Of a stretch of DNA of 64,000 bases, positions 11,397-22,208 are shown piece by piece; position 1 is the first letter of the stretch; every line of letters begins with the position of its first letter. Location of the stretch: assembly GCF_000315625.1 (NCBI RefSeq), contig NW_005434666.1:1-64000 (forward strand), in the 5' to 3' direction. The stretch comes from Guillardia theta CCMP2712 (Eukaryota > Protista > Cryptophyta). Under the pieces are notes generated by a model, which was not told the DNA's origin, made no database searches, and was given only the letters and a program-made list of their open reading frames with translations. The translations under genes and the position numbers were made by a program.

Positions 11397-13254
11397 TCAG
11401 CTAGAGCTGAGGACAACAACCGAGCTTGAGTTGAAGACTCCTCCGTTTCCTTTGTAAGAGATCACCAAACGAAGTGATTCGTACGCGCATACCGTAGACC
11501 AGTGCCCGCTTGCAGTTCGGAATTTGCCGCCCGCCTAGATAACCCGAGTTTTCAGCCAGAGCTAGATATCTTCAACAGACCTTCTGTCGCTGTCAACGAA
11601 AGCTGTTCGAATGCCTCAATCAAAGCAAAAAATGCAGGCACCTAGATAATTTCAGCTTCATTTACTCAACTCTTCCTGATACCTCCCAGGGCGCACCGAA
11701 GGACAAAAGCCCTCCATGCGTATTGACTGGAAAATCTTTCACAGACAAGCGTTGTTTCATTGACCTACAGTCGTTCCAAATCCTGCAATCTAAATCAAGA
11801 AGGCGGGCACACACAGAGTCTGCAATCACCTAAACTTATCTTCGATCCATTGTCCTCCTTGCCCTTCCTTTGCAAGCCCTGAAGCTTCCACTGCTCTGTA
11901 GATGCATATGTTTGTTATTTGGAATCTCTCTTGAATGCTTGTTTTTACCGGAGAAAACATATCGGGAAACAATCATAGAGTCCAAAGAAATCAATGTCCT
12001 TGGCAGAACAATTGCAAGAATCGTAGCTGCAAGGATGAAGTCATACCACGGTCAGTCCACACAACCAAAAACATGGAGAATTATTACGCTCTCTGGAAGG
12101 CATGTTTGGCGGAAGAAATCCTGGAAAGCGTAGATTGATAGTCCTCTACTGTCAGTGCAGGGCTTGAAGCTTCTCCACCGCCCACAACTTTGATATTCCT
12201 GGCAGCAAGCAACTCAAGAAGAAATGTGCATACAAAATTATTGTTTACCCTTTCTTAGTAACAACAATTGCAGCAGCACCATCAGCCTTTCGGGCGCACT
12301 CGAGCAAGTTGAGATTTTGGCCTACAGTCTGAAACGGCCACGCCCAGACGCAACAGCTCAAAACGTCACAAGATCTGACTAAGTTGATTATTACGAGAAC
12401 AAGATCACCGTCGAATTCAAGACTTCGTCCAAATCGTATGGCCTGCGTTGCACGGCAAGCGGATGATACGTCGCCTGAGCTGACATCAGGACGGAAACCA
12501 TTGCCAGCTGCACAGCAAAGCTTAGTGGCAAGTAAAAAGTAGATCAAAGGCATTGATACCTGCTCTCTAGAAACATTATGTTTTTGCATATGGGCTGTTG
12601 TGCAATGGGCATACGCATTTGGTATGTACGGAGACTTGAGATATGAGATATTTTGGCGGACTTCTCTTGACGCAAAAGCCTCATCAGCTCTTTCAACAAA
12701 TTCTCTGGGGTTGAGTGAAGAAACCGAATCCCCTCCCACAACGACCACAACATTATAGCCTTCGTTCTCAACCATTTGCTTTGCCTGACAAATTGTAAGA
12801 GGGGAGGGGTTGTAGTCATCATGATGGTGTAAAGTGCCTGCAACAACATCGATACGGGACTTGCTCCCCCAACATCAATCGTTTTCGCACAGAACGGCCT
12901 TCTTTGAGCGTGATCAAATAGATCGCATTCCTTCCAAAATGGTCATGATGATAAAACACTGCAAATCCGAGTGCAATCACAGTTGCGATATGATGCGCTT
13001 CCATGAACTTCGGGTCCGACAACGAAGGGCATGCAAGCTAACAAGGCAAATAGATATTGAAAACCTAAATGGAAATATGGGAAATAAATACCAGGGCGTC
13101 TACACTTGTCTTTGCGATTTGTGCCCGTCCAAGAGCTCGTGACAAAGCTTCCTGTATAAGTTGCGAAGGCCTCAATCCCAACCTACGTGTTGCGATCATT
13201 CAAGCTGTAGATTGTCAGAGGATCAAGCGGAATAGCTCGACTTTGCATGGACAT
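11397..13254 (-). CDS. SCP2/Ltp2-like thiolase-fold protein with non-canonical active-site motifs, multi-exon
   Basis: Spliced motifs TIDVGGASPVSMLLQA, VVVVVGGD, SREQLAMVSV, LLECARKADGAAAIVV, DIDFFGLYDCFPI, PVNTHGGLLSFGAP and GNGGVFNSSSVVVLSSS*. Confidence 0.85.
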
Positions 13255-13761
13255 GATCTGAGCCACTGAGTGCAAGCATCAGCCTCCTCTTGAAGTCATC
13301 ACCTCACTCCGATGCGCGATGCGCCCCAACCGCTCACAGTAGCCATAGCAGGGCAGATAGCAGGGATTGTTTTTCTAGCAGGGTTTACCTTGAACTTTCC
13401 GGGTTTAGTTATTTTAGATGTCCGCATCTCTGAGGCGGTTTTGTATTAAGTAGGCTACTCTTGATGAAATTGCGACAATGCACCCTCTGAAATTGCAGCT
13501 TGTTTCATTCTATACAATGAAATTGATCATGAACAACAGCTTGGGCATGAAAAATAGTTTGATGAGTTGATTTGCAAAGCAGAGCGAGATCAGACCTTGT
13601 TTTATTGATTTTACGTGACTCATAGCATGTGAGGAAAAGAAAATAAGGCTCTTGATTCGTCAATATGAATAACTCCTCCCAAGATGGATTATGTGATGAA
13701 AGAATAAATTGATTGAACTATCGAAAAAAATATATGGATAAGTCCCATGCCATGGATTCAA

Positions 13762-14106
13762 TCATTCAAGCAGCAATTCGCCGACTTCCTTAAAATCCTC
13801 CATCTTAGGGAAGTTTGATGATTGAAAGCTTCCACTGCTGTCAGTGAAATTGCCCATACACTTGTTCTCGAATGATGCTGAAAAAGATCTTCCATAACAT
13901 GCGCGGCAATTTAGTCCGCGAGACTTTTGCGGCAAGTCATCATAACAAACATGCACGTCGTCCGTGCCTGTCATCCTTTCATCGGCATATCCTTCGCTAG
14001 AGACAAGGGTGGAAAAAAAGGGTGTATTTCTTGGCGAAGGCACTGGGAGATCGCATGGGCAGTGCCCATAGAATTGTTCGAAATCTGTCTTTGAGAGCGG
14101 TTGCAT
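13762..14106 (-). CDS. Small hypothetical protein
   Basis: 114-aa ATG-initiated ORF followed by an AT-rich 3'UTR-like stretch; no homology recognised. Confidence 0.3.
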   Translation of the reverse strand: MQPLSKTDFEQFYGHCPCDLPVPSPRNTPFFSTLVSSEGYADERMTGTDDVHVCYDDLPQKSRGLNCRACYGRSFSASFENKCMGNFTDSSGSFQSSNFPKMEDFKEVGELLLE

Positions 14107-14540
14107 TGCTCTGTCTGAAACAGGAAAGGCCAGGAAGGAGGTAACTAGGAGGACTCTGGAGCTTTTGTTCTCTTTCTAGAGGAAGCAGGGGACAGGAATA
14201 TGGAGCTGAGGAGATGCGTGTATGTTGAGGATGACGCAAGTTGATACCAACCTGCTGAGGATGTTGCGGGTTGATGTGGGAGGTGCAATCGAATCAGGAG
14301 ATGTGAACCGTACAAAGTTTCAGTTTGTCAACGAAAAAGATTGATATCGCAGCAGACGGCGAAGTCCTCTGGGAGTCGAACTGTGATTTCTCTTCTTTTT
14401 GCGTTCTGCTTTCCCGCATGTGCATCTTTGCTCCTTGTTACGTCTCCTCAAGGGGTCATCCAAGCCCGCCTCCGATTTTGATGAAGTCCCGGAAGTTCGG
14501 CCGGGCCTTGCGGCACTCTAGGCCCGGAGTCACCTGTTGT

Positions 14541-14622
14541 CGCCGTTTGGCCTGTGCGACAGTGTCAGGGTCAAGCCTCCTGATTGTCCTCGTACTGATT
14601 TTTAACTTAACTTTGAGTAAAG
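14541..14622 (-). repeat. Dispersed repeat family R, short copy 1
   Basis: Reverse complement of CTTTACTCAAAGTTAAGTTAAAAATCAGTACGAGGACAATCAGGAGGCTTGACCCTGACACTGTCGCACAGGCCAAACGGCG, shared with copies at 17.7, 27.5, 61.2 and 62.7 kb. Confidence 0.9.
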
Positions 14623-14708
14623 TGCATAGTTGTGCAGGTCGTCGGCCACCCTGCCGAAGTAGTAGTAGTAGTTATGAGTCAAAACTTTCGAGACCTCTGG
14701 CCCCCAAA

Positions 14709-15990
14709 ATGCTGCTTACAGCGAGAGTGGCAAGGAGTGTGGTGTCTTTGGGCATCATAATGGATTTGCTTAGCATGGTAGGATGCTTCTACCTGCATTC
14801 GCCACAAACATTGTTAGGAATCTGCTCTGTGACATCCAGAAGTTGTGTGCAGCCACCCTTTGGTCTCAAGACTGGCAAAATGACAACCCAAAAAGCGAAC
14901 ATGAGAAGGGCAAGATCGACGCTTTATCTAAGCACCCAAAGCGATCCACCTAATGAGCAACAGGTAGAACTAAATCGAAAGGAAAGAAGAAGATTGAACA
15001 GGAAAAATAGGAACAACCAAAGGAATAGGCTTACCGCTGATACACCAATAGGGCTTACCTCTATTGCACGCAAAAAATCCTTATCTCAAAATTTTCTTGT
15101 GGACGATGCAATCATCATGTCCTTGGTGAACTGTGTGGATGATCAGAGTCAAATGGGATGTTGTGTTGTAGAGTTGGGTCCGGGTCTAGGCTCTTTGACA
15201 AAGCATCTGCTTGAGCGATTTCCTCGCATGAAAGCTGTTGAGCTCGATGGCCAAGCTGTCAAGTCCCTTCAGGTGTCTTACCCCAATCTGGATATTACTG
15301 AGCAAAGTCTTTTGGATTTTGATTTCAAAAAACACTACGACGAGAAGGGAGAACGACTCACTGTCATCTCAAACGTTCCATTTGGAATATCAAGTTCCAC
15401 CTTGTACAAGCTGTTGGAAAACTCGGCGTACATTAGACGATCAGTTCTGGTTTTACAGCAAGAAGTCATTGACAGGATAATGTCTGGCCAAACTCAAAGA
15501 AAATACGGCTCGCTTTCAATAGAGCATGTGATTCGTGCAGAAAACATTCGGCAAGAAATGACCATACCGCCTATGGCATTTGAACCCCCTCCAAGACAAA
15601 CCAGAATAGGTGATTGTATTATCGTTCAAGGCTGCATGATTCATTCCTCTTCAAAGGTGTTGTCTCTATTGACTATCAAGAAGAGCTCCCGCTGGAAGAA
15701 TCTGAGATGCGGTAAGATAATGCTGGGTATATCAAGAAGATCAAACACATGCAGGATTCTTCGCTTATGCCTCCAAGCTTCGTTCGAGAAGTAACATTAG
15801 TTTGAGATCTTTTTTTTCACAGTTTTATCAATACGTTTGATTTGAAAAAATAGGAAAGGGGTAACATTACGTGAGAGTTTGCCAAGGAGCAAGGAATTAA
15901 GAAAGGCAAGTTAATCCAAGAAATTACCTGAAACCTGATGATTTGGGCCAGGAGCTCCAAGGACTTGCAGAAATCTGTTTGAGTGACGCA
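14709..15990 (+). CDS. ksgA: rRNA adenine N6,N6-dimethyltransferase (KsgA/Dim1 family), probably plastid-targeted; 3' exons approximate
   Basis: RKKSLSQNFL, VVELGPGLGSLT, AVELD, VISNVPF, LQQEV, YGSLS and AFEPPP motifs; hydrophobic N-terminus followed by VGC-F resembles a bipartite presequence. Confidence 0.9.
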
Positions 15991-16189
15991 AATTGGCTGG
16001 ATAAAAAACCTGCCACCCTGTCTCCTGGAAAGTGGCTGCATATTGCAAGGTGAGTCACATGAGGGCCATTTCACTGTAAACGCCGGTAGGCTGTGAGCTT
16101 GTTTGCGATTCAAGTTGAAGAATTTCCCTGAGAAAGGAAGTATTTAACATTTTTCTTCTTCAGATCTATCTACTCCAGGTCCATGTCGT

Positions 16190-17718
16190 CGCTGAGTGAG
16201 ACCGTCTGAGACCGTCGGACTCTGGGCTCGGATGTCCAACATGCGGGCCCGGGGGACTAGGATCACCCGGCGCTCAGCGGCTGACAGCCGGACTCTAATT
16301 AATGATACTTAGTACGGTCGGATGCATGTTGGAAGACGGGAAGCTGACTCGTCCACTTGTCGCTGTCACGAGTCAGTGCTGTCCCCCCGGCCCGAATAAT
16401 CACTATTAAGTAACTGTAATCATGCGGCACCTCCGACTGACTGACATGTGACAGTCAGATCGGCGGTCGGACTCGCCGGACCCGGCAAGTTACGGTCACG
16501 GTGTGTTAAGTTAGTTCCCGCCACGGTACTAGTCACGGTTATTCAACGGTGGACCAGCACTGTCAGTTCCGGCGGCGGGCCTATAGTGAGGTGACCGTGC
16601 GGCCGCCGGGCCGCCCGGCGGCGGACTCGGTCACCGGGTCTTGCCCCTCGGAACTTCGGAACTTCGGAACTCGGAAACTCAGTAGGCGGCACGGGTAGTA
16701 CCGGGTACATAGTACGCCGGGGGCCGTACGGTAGTACTATCAGTACTACTACCGTACGCCGGGTGTGGGTACCGTACAGCGCGGCCCTCCGAGGCTCGGA
16801 GTACCCGCCCTCGTCACAGTCGGGGAGTCCGATCACGACGGTACCCGGACCGTACTGGTTCGGAACCGTGGCCCACGGTTGAATGGCCAGTCCTGGCACT
16901 GTGTGAGCGGCCGCGCCGCGCCGCGGCCGGGGCACCGCCGCCGCCGGCCCGGCCCGGGCACTGCCCCGGCAGACTGGCCGCGGGCGCGGCCTCCGGGAGC
17001 CTTCACACGGCGGACGATCGCCGCGGGCCGGGGGGGACTCCTGAGACCGGCGTACTAGTAGCGTCGGCAGCGGCCGCGCATCCGGCCGGCGGCGGCCGCA
17101 GCCTGAGTGCGCCGGGCCGCGCGACTACTAGTCATGCATGCGGGAGCCGGGAACCGCTGGCCCGGCGGCGGCCCCCGGACTCAGTGCCAACGCCCCCGGG
17201 CCCGGCCCGGGCGGGCCGCGACGCCCGTGTGGCCCCGCTGAGTCTCCGACTCCCGCGCCGGGCCGGGCCCCCGGGCCCCCCGGCCGGGCCCCGGCGGGCC
17301 GCCCGGGGCCCGGCCCGGCAGTGCGGGGCGGCCGCCTCAGGCCGGCCGTCCGCCGGGCCCCGCCCCGAGGCCCGGGGCAGGCCCGTGGCCGCCAGTGCCA
17401 CTGCCAGTGCCCGGGGCCTGGGCGGGGCCCGTCATGTGCCGCACCGTCACCGTGGCACTGCCAGGCCCCGGCGCCCGGCCGCCCGGCCCGGGCGGCCCCC
17501 GGCGGCGGGGCCCGCCGGGGCCCCCTGACCGTCACGCCGACGACGGTGGCCGCCCGGGCCGCCTGAGGCTCCGGGCCAGTCCCGTCACGGCCGGGCCTTC
17601 GGGCCGGCCCGCCAAGTTGCCAGGCCCGGCCCGCGAGGGCGCATGCGGCCCGTACCGTCCGTACGGTGCTGTCGGAGCCGGTGGCAGGGTGGCACCCTTT
17701 ACGCAAAGTTACTGAGCC
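16190..17718. other. GC-rich fold-back island 1 (non-coding)
   Basis: Very GC-rich stretch built from short palindromes and local inverted repeats (CCGG, GGCC, GTAC, CTGAG/CTCAG, GAGTC); ORFs are only G/P/R/A low-complexity in all frames. Confidence 0.8.
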
Positions 17719-18350
17719 TTAAAAATCAGTACGAGGACAATCAGGAGAGTCGAGGGGCTTGACCCTGACACTGTCGCACAGGCCAAACGGCGGCGAGAAG
17801 AGAAAAGACAGCGAGAACCAACCCCACTGATCCTGCCAACTGCTGTCCCCGGGCCAAACTTAACTGTAACTGATACCTTCACTTAACTGCGCGCTGGACA
17901 ATCCCCCCGCCGGCCCCGCGCCGCCATGCCAGCGATCATCGGATGTCGCGGTGGCCGCCCGGCGCCGCCGAAGGAATGAGACGCATGCCGGGATGCACCC
18001 GCGATGATGGCAGCGTAGGACACTGGGGAGGCCTTGAGCTGACGAAAGATCCTGGACCGGGTCATGCGTTTGCAAGTCGGATCACCTGAGACGTACGGTC
18101 TCAGTGCGCCGAGGCCGAGAGACCATCCGAGCCCAGCGCTGCCGTTTCCTTGTTCGCCGAGCGATCCGCCAGCCACCACAGAAAGCGCAACGCATCGTCC
18201 TGCCGCAAGGCTCAGAGGCCATCATTGCTGGCGATGATGGGAAGAAAGGCCTTTGGCGGGACGTGCTGACAGTGAGCATATGCATTACGATGCCCTCGGA
18301 TCTTCCGCCGCAGTACGGTGCTGCCGCTTGCAGTTTGCTCCGAGCGAGGT
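17719..18350 (+). repeat. Dispersed repeat family R, long copy A
   Basis: Aligns by eye over ~550 bp with 27517-28010; begins with the R head motif. Confidence 0.9.
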
Positions 18351-19143
18351 CCGGTATTCCATCATTGTCAAAAGGTGGCACCAATCAATTTTCTAGTTGA
18401 GTCCCTGCATCGATGGGTCATCATGCTTTTACAGCTATCATCTGACCCTATCAATTGTTACGATGTTGTACCGCTCAATGATATGAGTAAACAATCAATG
18501 GTACATTGCATTGATTGAGTATTCATTCATAATGTCAGGTTATTACAGCCCCCGAGGATAAACAATAATAATACTCCTCCTCCGAGTCCCCGCATATCAC
18601 CCCTGCATTTGCCAGTCTCACCTACCCCCATGACTCCCACCTCACCACCCACCTTCAAGACTTCCTTTGCGCTCGGACATACAAGAGGCTACTGTACCAC
18701 ACTAGGTTTACTCAAAATATCTACAACCCCTGCGGCACGAACCTGATCAAACCATGGTCACTACCCACCTTTTTCTCAGAGTTTGAACCGGTGTGATGAC
18801 CACCTACCCGCCCGCCAGCGTGAAGCAAGCAACGTAGGCTTCTTTGCCATCCCCGCGACCCGGCATCGCAAGAATTTGTGAGAAAGAAGGGCAGTAAGCA
18901 GCATCGTGAGCCCTTTTCATCGGTAATATCTCTCCAGCATACCAGGTGAGAAACATAGCTCGGGGTATCATCATCCTTTCCTCCATCTACCCTTCCTGAA
19001 ACACACGGCCTCTTTTTCGAGCTTGTTACTCCTGGTCCTACACAAGTAACACTGCAAAAAAATAGTTGTCTTACCATTCATAATATCATGAACAAAAAGA
19101 GTTTCTAATTTTGTACTGGTACAGGGAACAAAACTCTGTTGAT

Positions 19144-19995
19144 ATGACAACGAGCTTACCGATCTTGGTTTCAATCCTTCTCACCTCTCTGATATGCCAA
19201 ATTTATTCCTTCACCCCGTCTCCAGTAGAGTGGAACTTGCAGTGTAGAAAACGGGCGAACCCCGATAATCGCTGTGTGAGGACATGCGCGCAAGTTTTAC
19301 CACAAGAAGATAGATTGCATGTTGCAAATGGCGATCAATTGAATTCGGAGGTAGAGGAAAACGCGAACGAAGCTTCGAAGGACATTCAAGCATCGTCACA
19401 GATAATGAGGTGGCTTGGATCCCAATACACAACCAAGAAGACTACAAAGCAGTACCTTGAATCTATTCAGATGGACATCGAGTTGCAGGAAAGTAGAAAA
19501 AGAAGGCCTGACGATTTTGGAGATGAATTGGGTGAAGCAAGCGATGAGAGGCCAACCTTCAAGGTCGCGGGCCTTTCTAATCTCGAGTTGTCGAAGAGAC
19601 AGCGGATCAAGATGGCACTCAGAAATGGAATTTCATACATTGCAAAATCTGCGGGATCAATTCTTAATTTCAGCAAATAGCTGATGGTTTTTGCTGGATG
19701 AAAGTTGTTAGATGCTGCCCTCGTTTTTGTATAGTAATACACATGACTCTTACATGATGTTCGTAACAAACCACAAATGTGGATGCATGATAATGAATTT
19801 CTTCAAGCTCATGAAAAGGGATTTCTGATTCAACAACGATTGCAAGGTATCCCTGAACGAACAGGCCACATCTTTGAGGGACGAGAGGCAGAAATTCTTT
19901 GTTGTAAACACGCAGCATCGCAATTCATCGCATCTTATCATTCCGTTACGATGTGTTCTAATATTTCGAAACCCGCAAAACATGGTACCCATTAA
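19144..19995 (+). CDS. Hypothetical protein with signal peptide + Phe (possible plastid targeting); 3' part approximate
   Basis: MTTSLPILVSILLTSLICQIYS-FTPSP start; ORF runs to 19680 with probable downstream exon(s). Confidence 0.5.
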
Positions 19996-20172
19996 CGATT
20001 TGATAATCTGGCGAAACGCAGGGTTTGAGTCGGGCTTCAGTCGTATATCAAATTATGTTATGTTAGGTTTACTAAGCCAGAAATCAAACACGTAACAAAA
20101 TCACACTTCATCGCCTTGACATGTCTGACGTCGCAATACTTGCTGCCTAAGCTGTCAAGAAACTCTTCCCGG

Positions 20173-21725
20173 TCACCCGGTATGACCGGTAGCTGCACTT
20201 AGGCCGATCTCTGATTGCTGTAGTGGAGAGATAGCAAGAATGTTCTCCCATTCGTAGCGTGATTGCATCATCCGAAGCACCCTCAGGAACTCAAGCCGCA
20301 ATCTACCAATACCGTAAGAGACTTTGAAACCGAGAATCGCACGCACCTCATACACCCTTCTGGTCTGACTGAATGCGCTACATTGTAGGAATCATCCAGC
20401 GGATCCACGATCAGAAGCCTATCCTGATTGGACGTCCTGCATTGTTGATATGCTTCATCTTCATCACCTTCCTTCTGCAAAAGCATCCAAAACTTTATCT
20501 GCTTTGATGTGTCGAATGTCTGCCACGTTGACAGTTAGAAATTAGTCAGAAAAAGCAATTTGAAGATACTTTATATAGGCGGAAGAAAAAAAGATAGAAA
20601 AGAGCCGAGACTGGCTGCATATTGCTTTTATCACTGCTGCTGAAAATAACATCTGGAATGTGTCAACCGGCGGGCTCACGTATGTGATGTATTCTCACCT
20701 CCTGCACCATGCAAAACAAGTGGAGGGAGAACGGGAGGAGAGCATGTTTGCAAAAAGTTGATCATCATTATAAAAAGACCAAATGTGCAGATTCCGCCAG
20801 TACGTGAGCTACAAAGGCCTCTTTGGACAGCCCACAGTTTGACAAGAAACAGCAAGTCAGCAATACGCTTGTCAAAGGCGAGGATAGATCGAAATATGGT
20901 CTTGTGTAGAATTGATGCCTGATTGCAAACGGAGAGGTCTCCATTCATCATGGTTGTCTTGTGCTTGAACAAAACTATGGGCACACGTGCTTTGAAAATT
21001 GGTATGGCTCGGAAATCACCCTCAGTGTTCAAAAGATCAGCGAGTTTTGAAAGTACGATAAGCGAATCATCTTGCGCCGACATATCGAGGTTGAGGACAA
21101 CATCCAAATCACTTCCACGTGTTGCTATCCCGTATGAACTGGAGCCAACCAGGCTTAGAGAGCTGTTGGGGTACAATAGGTCACACAATGATCGTATCCG
21201 CGACTTGACCTCCTCACACTTCTTCTGTTCATCTTCTCCCTTTGAATACTTTGAAACAATCTCAGGTATTCTGAGGTCATATGCCTCAGAGAGCGTAGCA
21301 TTTAGGTCCTTCTGCAGCAAGCAGGGTGCAAACTCTTGCTCAACGATCTCATTCAACCTGATCATTTGTGTCGCTGAAAATTTCTCAGGACAGAGAATTA
21401 TATGCTCAAGAAGAAATCTGGACTCTCCACCAGAATTCTGGTAACTGGAGAATTGAAGTTTCATGGTTTGCAGAATCCGATTACACCGCTGATTCTGCTC
21501 AGTCTTGTCCGTGCAACGCTGAAGGGAAAGTATGTCACAAAGAGTGCGCTTGTAACGTTTGGAAACGTTTCCATGGTGGGTAAAATGCATTCTTGCCTTT
21601 GTTTTTGAACAAGAGTAGGATGCGGTACCCTGGATCAGAACAAGACAATCCAATGCTTTGGATATGAGAAGAAAGGCCACTGGACTTGCTTTTGCGCTAA
21701 CAAAGTGCTGCTTGTAAGCTGACAT
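20173..21725 (-). CDS. Cid1/TUTase-type non-canonical nucleotidyltransferase, multi-exon
   Basis: GSSSYGIATRGSDLDVVL (GS...DxD), ARVPIV, DLS, LVKLWAVQRGL, GG...MMINFLQ...PPVLP, and PAP-associated-like IVDPLDDSYNVA. Confidence 0.88.
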
Positions 21726-22208
21726 GATCAGCTCAGAAGACAGCGGCAGTCAGACTCACACATCGAGAATATGAAAGGAAGTTATCCAGCAGCTGATCAT
21801 CCTCCGTGGGTCCACGAGCAAGCATGACATGCCTGCAAGACTCCCGTCACCTGCGCTTCATTCCCCATCCATGCGACCAGTCGGGGCGTGGCCTCGTAAG
21901 TAATCACTCGGGCAAGCAAAAGGGTAGGAAGGGAGTTGCTGTCTTTTCTTTGTCTTATCGAATGCTCCTAGGCAGGCTTGAAGTCAATTTCAGATTAGGC
22001 GACATGCATGGAGGAAATCAAAACGACTTGAGGCGATGGTGAGAGCGGGCACAGGCCAGGCGGCTGATGGGCAGAGAGGATGGTTCTCGCTTCATCCTGT
22101 TCCTCTTACAACGGAAAGAGCGACGACACGCCTCGACGTCTGCTCGCAAGAACAATAACGACCTGAACAATAACTCTTAACCATTTGAAATCTTTTGGGA
22201 AGGGAGCG

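Noticed and set aside
14325-14708. N-terminal 128 aa of the 489-aa KsgA ORF
   Set aside because: It reads through a repeat-R copy and a mini-island; the likely start is ATG 14709 with a signal-like sequence.
16543-17715. G/P/R/A-rich ORFs in the GC islands (also 39393-40570, 43293-44183, 51024-51469, 61290-62048)
   Set aside because: Open in several frames on both strands because stop codons are rare in GC-rich DNA; no domain signatures.
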